Assembly (NCBI GenBank): GCA_035533695.1
Contig: DATLTH010000649.1
Location: 1-29,994, forward strand
Origin: Stellaceae bacterium
Lineage (GTDB): Bacteria > Pseudomonadota > Alphaproteobacteria > ATCC43930 > CGMCC-115725
Length of the DNA: 29,994 bases
Reading direction: 5' to 3'
The stretch's first letter is position 1, and each line of letters begins with the position of its first letter. Positions 17,338 through 24,519 of the stretch are shown here, in pieces. The position numbers were made by a program, and so were the translations under genes. The notes under the pieces are model-generated. The model did no database searches, was not told where the DNA came from, and was given only the letters and a program-made list of their open reading frames with translations.

Positions 17338-17538
17338 TCAGAACAGGCTCAGCTGGTTGCGCGCGTCCTCGTCGAACAGGCCGATGTTCAAGGGCTTCTG
17401 GGTGCTGCGCGGTGCCAGGGGCGCGTCCATCAACCGCTCCAGCCGCGCGCGCAGGCTCACCGGCCGGACGCCGGGAATGAGGAACTGCTCGCCCTCGGGC
17501 GTCGGCTCGGTGGCGGGCGGCTGGTCGGGCGCGCTCAT
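17338..17538 (-). CDS. Small protein, 66 aa, ending in QLSLF
   Basis: ATGA overlap with the ardC stop. Sequence MSAPDQPPATEPTPEGEQFLIPGVRPV...IGLFDEDARNQLSLF. Confidence 0.75.
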   Translation of the reverse strand: MSAPDQPPATEPTPEGEQFLIPGVRPVSLRARLERLMDAPLAPRSTQKPLNIGLFDEDARNQLSLF

Positions 17539-18449
17539 ACCGCGGCTCCGGTGGCGCGGAACGCGAGCAGGTAATCCGCCGCCTTGGAAGCGGCGCTGGC
17601 AGCGCGGAAGATGGCGCGGTTGTCCTCCCGCAGGACTTCCAGCCATGACCCGAGGTAGTCGGCATGGCGGACGGTCGGCACGATGCCGAGCGCGGCGCAG
17701 ACAAAGGCGCTCGCCATCTCGGCGACCAGTTCCTCGCGGGCATAGAGCGCCGAGCCGAAAGGGCCCGACTGGTCGCGGCCAAGCCGGGATTTATGCCCCG
17801 TCCAGTGCCCCAATTCGTGAAAGCACGTGCGGTAGTAGTCGATGGGCTGGAAGAAGGCGGCTTGCGGCGGCACGCGGATGGTATCGCCGCTCGGAAAATA
17901 GACCGCTTCCCCACCCCCAACCCGAAAATCCGCCCCCGTCGCCGCGATCAGCGCTTCGGCCTGCGGCACGACGTCAGGCTCGGGCAGGACCACCGGGCTG
18001 CCGAGCACATGATCCGGCAGGCCGTCGCATTGGGCGACGTTGAATACGGTGAAGCGCTTGAGGAACGGCACCGCTTCGGGTTCCTCGCCCGCCTCGGCCG
18101 CGCGCTCTCGCTCAGCCTGCGGCACAAAGCGGTCGGCATAGAACACGGTCGTACCGCGCTCGCCGTGGCGCACATGACCGCCGAGCCCGAGCGCCTGCCG
18201 ATAGGTGAGCCACTGCTGGGTGGCAAAACCTCGGGCGACGGCCGCATCCCACAGGATCAGAATGTTGATCCCGGTGTAGTGCCGGCCGGTGGCGGCATTC
18301 TGCGGCAGGCCCAAGGCGGTCTTGACCTGACCCCAGGGCTGGACCCAGGGCACCCGTCCCTGCTCCAGCTCGGCGACGATCCGGTTGGTGATCTCCTGAT
18401 AGAAGCTGGTCCGCTGGGCACGGCTGCCCGACTGTTGGTCTCGCTGCAT
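17535..18449 (-). CDS. ardC: Antirestriction protein ArdC (DUF1738 plus zincin-like domain), 304 aa
   Basis: YQEITNRIVAELEQGRVPWVQPW, YTGINILILW, WLTYRQA, HELGHWTGH, YAREELVAE. GGAGG SD. Confidence 0.92.
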   Translation of the reverse strand: MQRDQQSGSRAQRTSFYQEITNRIVAELEQGRVPWVQPWGQVKTALGLPQNAATGRHYTGINILILWDAAVARGFATQQWLTYRQALGLGGHVRHGERGTTVFYADRFVPQAERERAAEAGEEPEAVPFLKRFTVFNVAQCDGLPDHVLGSPVVLPEPDVVPQAEALIAATGADFRVGGGEAVYFPSGDTIRVPPQAAFFQPIDYYRTCFHELGHWTGHKSRLGRDQSGPFGSALYAREELVAEMASAFVCAALGIVPTVRHADYLGSWLEVLREDNRAIFRAASAASKAADYLLAFRATGAAV

Positions 18450-18477
18450 CGCTGGCCCTCCGCTCGAAACCCCGCGC

Positions 18478-18810
18478 GCCTTTCCCCGGAAGCGGGGTGG
18501 GCGGCGAGAAGCGACCGGAAGGCCCGCCGGCGGAGGCGGGCCGCACCCGGAGGGCCGGAACGAAGAGGAGGACCGAGCGCGGCGAGGTTGCGGCACGCCG
18601 CGGCGGGCCTAGACGGGCGCGCCGCCCACCCCGCGCCACCGGGAAAGGCCAACGAACAAGTTCATCGCGCGCACGCGCGATGGCCGCTGCCGCCCGCCCT
18701 GCGGGCGCCGCGCCAGGGAGCGAAGCCTGCAGGGCCGAGACGTCCTGAGCTCTGGCGAAGGACGGCTCGGTTCACGAGCGCCCGGCGCGCGCCGTCAGGC
18801 GCGCGGGCGC
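18478..18810. repeat. Array of nested inverted repeats upstream of ardC
   Basis: 15-bp perfect IR at 18492-18506 / 18620-18634, extended by a 9-bp IR at 18478-18486 / 18641-18649. Further hairpins at 18521-18542, 18663-18682 and 18778-18810. Confidence 0.75.
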
Positions 18811-18940
18811 CCACACAACAGCACGGGAAACGAGATGTCAGCACCGGCGCGCCGATCGATGCCGAGATCAGCCGGCGTCGCCAGTTACATCCGTGCGGTT
18901 ATGGATTTCTCGATTGATCGAACGCCGTCATGACGTTCGC

Positions 18941-19198
18941 TCAGTCGACGGAACGGGTATGCGGCGCTGTTTTCGGCCGCGTGCGTTTGGTCGGATGCCG
19001 GAGCAAGTCGCTGGCCTCGACGCCCAGCACTTTCGCCAGCTTGTCGACCATGTCGATGGTGGCGCCGTAGACGCCGCGCTCGAGCGCACTGATATAGGTG
19101 CGGTCGACATCCGCCTCATAGGCCAGCGCCTCCTGCGACAAGCCGCGCGCGTTGCGCGCCTGGCGCAGATTGCGGGCGAACACCTCCCGAATCTCCAT
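18941..19198 (-). CDS. XRE-family HTH regulator (QseC/QseC2-like), 85 aa
   Basis: FARNLRQARNARGLSQEALAYEADVDRTYISALERG. Divergent from qseM; no SD. Confidence 0.85.
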   Translation of the reverse strand: MEIREVFARNLRQARNARGLSQEALAYEADVDRTYISALERGVYGATIDMVDKLAKVLGVEASDLLRHPTKRTRPKTAPHTRSVD

Positions 19199-19594
19199 GC
19201 CCAAGAGGCGAGCGCGTTGCGGTGGAATTCACCACGGAGTATCCTCGACAACCGGCGTGACGCCCGAAAGCGGCTCGATTGCTGTTTGCGACCCGGGTCC
19301 GAAGCGACGGCCATGCCGAAGACCGTGCCAACGCCGGCGCGCGCGGTGACCGAAACGACACTTGCGATGGAATTCGCAGCTTGCGATTCTACGAGCCGGA
19401 GCAGCGATCCGCTCGGGGGTTTTTACAGTTGCACGTCGGGCCAAGGTCCAAGCGACACCTTGTCCACCCTGCCGGCCAAAGGCGCCGTGCCATTGCGGGC
19501 GACGTTTAGGTTATAGGCGTCCAGCGGTCGGTTGGACCAGCCAGAACCGGAAGCGCGAACTGGCCAAGACGGCAGCAAGCGAGGGAATTCACGG

Positions 19595-19867
19595 ATGACG
19601 AGATCGCGCGTCGATCTCAATCCCACGATTGCCGACGACGTGCCGTGGTCGGACACGATCACCGCTTACGACGAAGCTCATTTCGTGGTCTATCTCCGCC
19701 TGCTCGACGCGAGTGCCGATGGGGCGAGCGATGAAGAGATGGCGCGAATCGTGCTGGGAATCGATCCCCGGCGCGAGCCTGAGCGCGCGCGCCGGGCGCT
19801 GGAAAGTCATCTCCGGCGTGCGCGCTGGATGACGGAAACGGGATATCGCCATCTGCTCCGCGACTGA
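19595..19867 (+). CDS. qseM: Antiactivator QseM-like (DUF2285), 90 aa
   Basis: ITAYDEAHFVVYLRLLDASADGA...IVLGIDP...HLRRARWMTETGYRHLL. GAGGG SD. Convergent with fseA. Confidence 0.85.
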   Translation: MTRSRVDLNPTIADDVPWSDTITAYDEAHFVVYLRLLDASADGASDEEMARIVLGIDPRREPERARRALESHLRRARWMTETGYRHLLRD

Positions 19868-19958
19868 GCGATCGGCGGGCCGTTTTTAATGTGGCACCGA
19901 TCCTATTTACCGCACTGATCGGTTTGCGTCTGTCGCTGCACGGATTCCGGGCGAAAGA

Positions 19959-20748
19959 TCAGTGCAGGAATTGCCGGTAACCACCCACCATCAGCGCCCG
20001 CCCGCGGGCGACGGCGCGCCGGACCCGATCCAGCAGGTGACGGCGCGGGTCGGTCCAGTCGGTCGCGACGCGCTTAGCACCGAAGACCGCCACGGCAATC
20101 TCGCGATACGAGGCATCGGCGAGCCAGCCATCGAGCGCTTGCAGAACGACGCTCAATCGGCGCCCGCGCGGATCGGGTGGAAAGTACTGCGGTCGTAGCC
20201 TGCCGTGGTGATAGAGGTCGCTGAGACACGCCAGCAGCCTGTGCTGCGCACGGCGATCTGTCTGCGACGGGAGCGCATCAGCCAGGAGGTGAACCGGGTG
20301 TAGGACGCTGGCGCCGGTAACCGCCAGTTGCAGCGAGCGGCCTCCGTCCCGGAACAGAAGATGTTGTGTTCCGTCCGGCGCCAGCAGAAGTGTCGCGGGG
20401 CACGGAATCGCCGCCAACCGAAATGCGCTCAGCCGCGCAAATGAATTAGCCGGCAGCGCGATCATGCGGAGCACATATCGGCAGACGTCCGGATCCCACG
20501 ACACGGAGGCTGCAGTCGCATCGATCGCTGGTGCGTCGGCGAAACATCAATCCCCACTCGCGCAGGCGGCCGTTGTGCGGGGTCGTTATGATCGTTAACG
20601 CGCGCAGCGATGCGTCGGTGACGGTTCGGCTCGATGTGTCGAGCCAGGCGCCGTGAAAGTCCGGGTTGCGGCGGAGAAACTCCCACGCCCAGCCCTTGCG
20701 CGGCAGCGCGTCGATCGGGTCGTAGGTTTCGCGGCGGCGCCAATCCAT
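19959..20748 (-). CDS. fseA: FseA transcriptional activator encoded by msi172/msi171-like ORFs joined by a +1 programmed frameshift, predicted 262 aa
   Basis: ORF1 has WAWEFLRRN (DUF6499-like). Slippery motif GAG.TGG.GGA.TTG.ATG.TTT.CGC at 20559-20539. The +1 frame is open into the DUF2285 ORF (LQALDGWLADASYREIAVAVFG...GYRQFL). Confidence 0.88.
20539..20559 (-). promoter_or_regulatory. +1 programmed ribosomal frameshift site
   Basis: Matches the msi172 consensus SRV.TGG.GGN.NTN.NNN.TTT.CSY at every position. Confidence 0.88.
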
Positions 20749-20855
20749 GGCCGCGGCCTCCCAAATCCAATGCGGTGTCCTTCGTCATTGGCCGCTGCAC
20801 CCCCTCGAGCGTTGGCCCATCCAGAAAAGCAGTCCGCTACGGGCGGAACGCGAGT

Positions 20856-21488
20856 TTAGGCCGCCTCAACGATCACCGGCGCCCAGAGCGCCGGACTCGT
20901 GATTCCGCCCCCGTTGCGTATGCGCAGGAGCGCTGCGGTCGAGACCTCGAGGTAGCCCGCAACCGCCAGGGTGTTGCCGATCGCCCGGGGCTCCGCGATC
21001 CGGCGCAGCGGCCAGCCGGCACGGCGCAGGATGCGTTCCATGCGGGCGTCGGTCACGGTGACAATATCGGTGAGCCGCCGCGACAGGCCGAACTCGATCA
21101 TGCCGGCAAAGAGCTCGAAGGTCGCGACCGCGATACCGGTCTCCGCCTTACGCGCCTCGGGCGGCAGGTCGAGCGCGAACCGGCTGCTCTCCCAGAGCGA
21201 CGCAACAGCCGGCACTTGGCTACTGCCCAACAGCGATGGGAACACGTCGCGCAGCATGGTCGGCCCGGTCGATGGGAGGAGGCGGACACAGCCTTGGAAC
21301 GACCCATCCGCGCCGCGTTGCAAGAGATACGCCGGGTGCAGCGCGTCGAATTCGTCGATCTCGAGATCGCCGCTGACTTGGACGTCCCAGTGGAGACGGT
21401 CCTTGAAGACGCGGTAGCGCAGTCGGTGCATCGCAGCGAGCTCGTTGACAAACTCGCCGTAAAGCTCCGACGTAATGAGCTGCATCAT
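20856..21488 (-). CDS. traI: Acyl-homoserine lactone synthase (LuxI family), 210 aa
   Basis: MHRLRYRVFKDRLHW, EIDEFD, GCVRLLP, WESSRF. AGGAGG SD. Confidence 0.95.
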   Translation of the reverse strand: MMQLITSELYGEFVNELAAMHRLRYRVFKDRLHWDVQVSGDLEIDEFDALHPAYLLQRGADGSFQGCVRLLPSTGPTMLRDVFPSLLGSSQVPAVASLWESSRFALDLPPEARKAETGIAVATFELFAGMIEFGLSRRLTDIVTVTDARMERILRRAGWPLRRIAEPRAIGNTLAVAGYLEVSTAALLRIRNGGGITSPALWAPVIVEAA

Positions 21489-21547
21489 CGCCGTCCTCCT
21501 GCCACGAATCGAATGCCCGTATTGCAGTCGAACGGACCAACGGACGT

Positions 21548-21569
21548 ATCCTGTACAACTGCACAGGAT
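21548..21569. promoter_or_regulatory. tra box upstream of traI (minus strand ATCCTGTGCAGTTGTACAGGAT)
   Basis: 7-bp perfect arms ATCCTGT/ACAGGAT. The 18-bp core shares TGTGCAG with the Agrobacterium tra box. About 60-80 bp upstream of traI. Confidence 0.8.
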
Positions 21570-21581
21570 GCCGACGGACCG

Positions 21582-22304
21582 CTAGCAACCTAGCGGCTGC
21601 GATGCGGCGAAGCGGGCGACGGCCTGGCAGACCGACCGAACGCCGAGTTTGGCCTTCGCATTCTCGAGGTGAAAGGCGGCGGTCCGCCGTGAGACGCCGA
21701 TAATCTGCCCGATCTCCCAGGCGGATTTGCCGCGGGCCGCCCAAGCGAGACATTCGTACTCGCGCGGCGACAGCGCGACGCCATCGACGACACGTTCCGA
21801 TGCGAGTTTACGCCGGGCATGCGCATGGAAGTACATCGCCATCAGCTGCAAGGTGGGGCCTTGCTTCTCGATCGCGTGCCGAAAGGCGGCGTGCGGCACA
21901 TCCGCGGCGAAGGTGACGGCGGCAACCGGACCACGAGAGTCATGGATCGGTACGGTGAAGCCACAGCGAATGCCAAAAGCGGCAGCCTCCTCGAACAGCT
22001 GTCGCTGGGTGGGAGACCCGTTGAGCGCGACCTCCCTGCCCCATTCGAACGGCTCAGTGGCCCGTAGCGCCGCAACAATGACCGGATCGAACCGCTCGTA
22101 GTGCTGCTTCAAATAATGCGCCGTCCACGCGGGCGGGTACGTCGAAATCAGCTGTGGCGCGCCGCGCAAACGGCTCGGCAAGGCGAGGTAGGCAAAGCAC
22201 GGCACATCGAGCCGTGTCGCTGCCGCCACGATGGTGGCGCGCAGCGATGCGGCATCGGTGCTATTCGCAAGCCCATCGATGAACGACTGGAAGATCTGAT
22301 GCAT
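21582..22304 (-). CDS. traR: LuxR-family quorum-sensing activator TraR, 240 aa
   Basis: AHL-pocket residues in YPPAW, HY, FDPV, FEW. C-terminal HTH LSPREYECLAWAARGKSAWEIG. Confidence 0.93.
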   Translation of the reverse strand: MHQIFQSFIDGLANSTDAASLRATIVAAATRLDVPCFAYLALPSRLRGAPQLISTYPPAWTAHYLKQHYERFDPVIVAALRATEPFEWGREVALNGSPTQRQLFEEAAAFGIRCGFTVPIHDSRGPVAAVTFAADVPHAAFRHAIEKQGPTLQLMAMYFHAHARRKLASERVVDGVALSPREYECLAWAARGKSAWEIGQIIGVSRRTAAFHLENAKAKLGVRSVCQAVARFAASQPLGC

Positions 22305-23009
22305 GGCTCGGCCTGAACTTAGCGCCGGACAATGGTGTCGGAACCGTTCTCTGCGGCGGTGCCAACACGGCTGGGGCAGAAGGTCAACAATTCAGTGACG
22401 GGCTCACAGTGCGGGTCCGGCGTCACGTGATGGTGTCGCGCCGAAGCTCGGCAAGGCGAGCTGAGGAGAATAGTGCATAAAGGCACCACCCCCCGCCGCA
22501 GGCGGCTATCGATCAAACATGCAGCGGCCACCCGAACCGCCGTTTCGGGAATCTCATGATGGTTCACCATGTCGGCGCCATTGGGCATGCAGAGCGGCGC
22601 CAGGGCGTGCCGATTACCCGATACGCGGGCGCGCTCAGGCCGGCAGTGAGCTCTTGTCCCCGACGAGTCCGTTGACGCCGCAGCGGCGAGCCTACTCAAG
22701 GTACAATCCAAGGTAGATGAATATTGTTACCGAACATCGACGGGGAAGTCGGTGACTTTTCGGGGGCTAACCCTCGATCGATCCCATGTTGGTAACCGAA
22801 CGCTGCGTTCGCGGTCGTCCGCAGCCCGCCCTCGACTTTATGCGGCGGCGCGCACGAGCGATCCAATCACCGTGATTTTCGCCGCGTCGGCAGACGGGGA
22901 ACGCGGGCGCGACGTGGCCGGGCACGGAGTGCAGAGCCCACGGTTTCAGACCCTTACAGCATGCCCGAGAGGTATTCCGCGCCGGCTTTTTATACACCCG
23001 GGGTCCTGC

Positions 23010-23189
23010 CTAATCGCACGGCACGGTGACGTGAAAACCGTCAGGTCCTTCGAATCGCTGCACCGAGCCGGTAACGATCTCGTGCATAAGACGATCGAGG
23101 CTCATTCCGAGAATCCGCGCGACGTCCGCCCATGATCCGGCGGAGCCGATCTCCTTCCCATTCAGAAAGACCGGCTTTTCACGCGCCAT
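23010..23189 (-). CDS. Small hypothetical protein, 59 aa (below the ORF-track cutoff)
   Basis: GGAG SD 7 nt before ATG 23189. MAREKPVFLNGKEIGSAGSWADVARILGMSLDRLMHEIVTGSVQRFEGPDGFHVTVPCD. Confidence 0.6.
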   Translation of the reverse strand: MAREKPVFLNGKEIGSAGSWADVARILGMSLDRLMHEIVTGSVQRFEGPDGFHVTVPCD

Positions 23190-23302
23190 ATTTTGGCTCC
23201 CGTTCGAGCATCGTCACGGGCCTGTCCCGCGCGTACAGGCGACGATTCCAAGGTTCCCGCCTTTCCCCATACCGCGAAATTATAGCGCACCGCTCTACGA
23301 AT

Positions 23303-23318
23303 AGGAACTATCGTTCCT
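23303..23318. promoter_or_regulatory. Palindromic operator candidate AGGAAC-TATC-GTTCCT upstream of the XRE pseudogene
   Basis: 6-bp perfect arms about 35 bp upstream of GTG 23353, between two divergent genes. Confidence 0.5.
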
Positions 23319-23352
23319 GGAAACATCGTTCTCCATCGGCTGCCATCGCGCC

Positions 23353-23573
23353 GTGGACCTCAAAGAGGCGCTGGCGATCAATGTGCGTCACGTTCGCCAT
23401 GGCCAGAAAGTGACGCAAGAGGAGCTCGCCGACCGAGCTGGACCAGCGCTCGCTATGTCGGTTCAATCGAGCGCGGCGCGGTATCAGCAAGCGTCAGCGT
23501 GTTGGGGCGGCTCGCCAAGGCATTGGACGTTGACCCATGCCAGTTGATCCGTGTCCCGCAGCGTCGTCGATAA
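23353..23573 (+). pseudogene. XRE-family HTH regulator with an apparent 1-nt deletion near 23443
   Basis: Frame 1 reads MDLKEALAINVRHVRHGQKVTQEELADRAG. After GGA-CC the HTH continues in another frame as SARYVGSIERGAVSASVSVLGRLAKALDVDPCQLIR, ending at TAA 23571-23573. Confidence 0.8.
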
Positions 23574-23574
23574 G

Positions 23575-23856
23575 CTTTCCCGTGGCTGTTAAGAGCTTGA
23601 GATCGTCGAGATAGTCAGCCCACCACTGCATCATCTTGACACGCTAGTCCCAAAATTCGCCGCGGGCGTAGGCGCGGCGGACATCGTTGATCTCAATATG
23701 TGCCAGTTGGCGCTCGATGGCGTCGGGATGCCATTTCCCGCATTCGTTCAGCAGGCTCGACGCCGTTGCTCGGAAGCCATGAGCCGTAACCTCGTCCTTG
23801 CCGTAACCAAGCCGTCGGAGCGAAGCATTAAGCGTGTTGTCGGAAATCGGTCGTGC
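23575..23856 (-). pseudogene. 3' remnant of a P4-like/IntS-type tyrosine integrase with an in-frame TAG
   Basis: RPISDNTLNASLRRLGY..EVTAHGFRATASSLLNE..WHPDAIERQLAH..VRRAYARGEFWD*RVKMMQWWADYLD. TAG at 23644-23646; the 5' part of the gene is missing. Left coordinate approximate. Confidence 0.85.
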
Positions 23857-24083
23857 GCCAAGACACTCAAGCCGATCCTCAAGGCCCAAGTTGATGAACG
23901 TTCCTATCTGATGACGGATGATGGTGGTGAATTTCGGAAACTCAAACTTGGCGACAATTTCGGCGGTCGCGGCACCGTCAACCACAGCGCGGGTGAATAT
24001 GTCCGTACTGGCGGTTTCCATCACACAAACACGATTGAAAACTATTTCAGCATCTTCAAGCGCGGAATTACCGGCACCTATCG
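23857..24083 (+). mobile_element. Internal fragment of an IS1595-family transposase
   Basis: AKTLKPILKAQVD..YLMTD..GTVNHSAGEYVR..HTNTIENYFSIFKRGITGTY. Truncated at both ends; boundaries approximate. Confidence 0.8.
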
Positions 24084-24154
24084 CCGACACCACGATCCGC
24101 AACACGGCGAGCCCGCTCGACCGGTTGCGGCTGGAGGTCGTGCCGCCCGCCTGA
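24084..24154 (+). pseudogene. C-terminal tail of an XerD-like recombinase of the type paired with IS91-like transposases
   Basis: TTIRNTASPLDRLRLEVVPPA*, ending 9 nt before the IS91-like ATG. Assignment is from recall of such gene pairs. Confidence 0.55.
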
Positions 24155-24163
24155 TCGGCCACC

Positions 24164-24451
24164 ATGGCGCCCGCGCTGGAGGTGGCGGAGATCTTCCGCC
24201 ACCATGGTGATGCCTATCGCCGCGCGCATGCCGGACGCCTCGGGCGCGTCGAGCGCTGCGTCATAAGCGCGGTCGCGGCGTGCCGGACGGCGTCCCTCGG
24301 CGGCCATGTCGAGCGGTGCGAGGAATGCGGCTTGGTCCGCGTCGCCTACAACTCCTGCCGCAATCGGCATTGTCCCAAGTGCCAAGGCCTGGCTCGCGCC
24401 GAATGGCTCGCCGAGCGCCAGGCCGAGCTGCTGCCGGTGCCCTACTTCCAC
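24164..24451 (+). mobile_element. 5' fragment of an IS91-family transposase (zinc-binding domain)
   Basis: LEVAEIFR, CRTASLGGHVERC..C, YNSCRNRHCPKCQ, LLPVPYFH, then an abrupt loss of similarity where VVFTLP is expected. Confidence 0.85.
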
Positions 24452-24519
24452 CTCGATGATAGCGCGATTTGGTCCTGGCCGAGACTCTTGAACAACGCCC
24501 GCCGGGGTGGCGAGGCGCG

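Noticed and set aside
18893-19516. 207-aa plus-strand ORF spanning the XRE gene and the qseM upstream gap
   Set aside because: Antisense to the XRE gene with no recognisable motif; not a QseC homologue.
20830-20857. CAGTCCGCTAC-GGGCGG-AACGCGAGTTT, resembling the 28-bp cassette sites
   Set aside because: The left arm and core fit, but arm complementarity is only 4/11, it overlaps the traI stop codon, and there is no partner site.
22814-22841. Half-site GGGCGG-GCTGCGGAC on the minus strand
   Set aside because: Only one arm resembles the consensus; expected by chance in GC-rich DNA.
23644-24165. 173-aa minus-strand ORF as an intact integrase
   Set aside because: Its N-terminal ~100 aa is the antisense reading of IS fragments; only the last ~70 aa are integrase, and that part ends at a premature TAG.
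23698-24210. 170-aa plus-strand ORF as an intact transposase
   Set aside because: Chimeric: antisense integrase, then an IS1595 internal fragment, then out-of-frame XerD/IS91 sequence.
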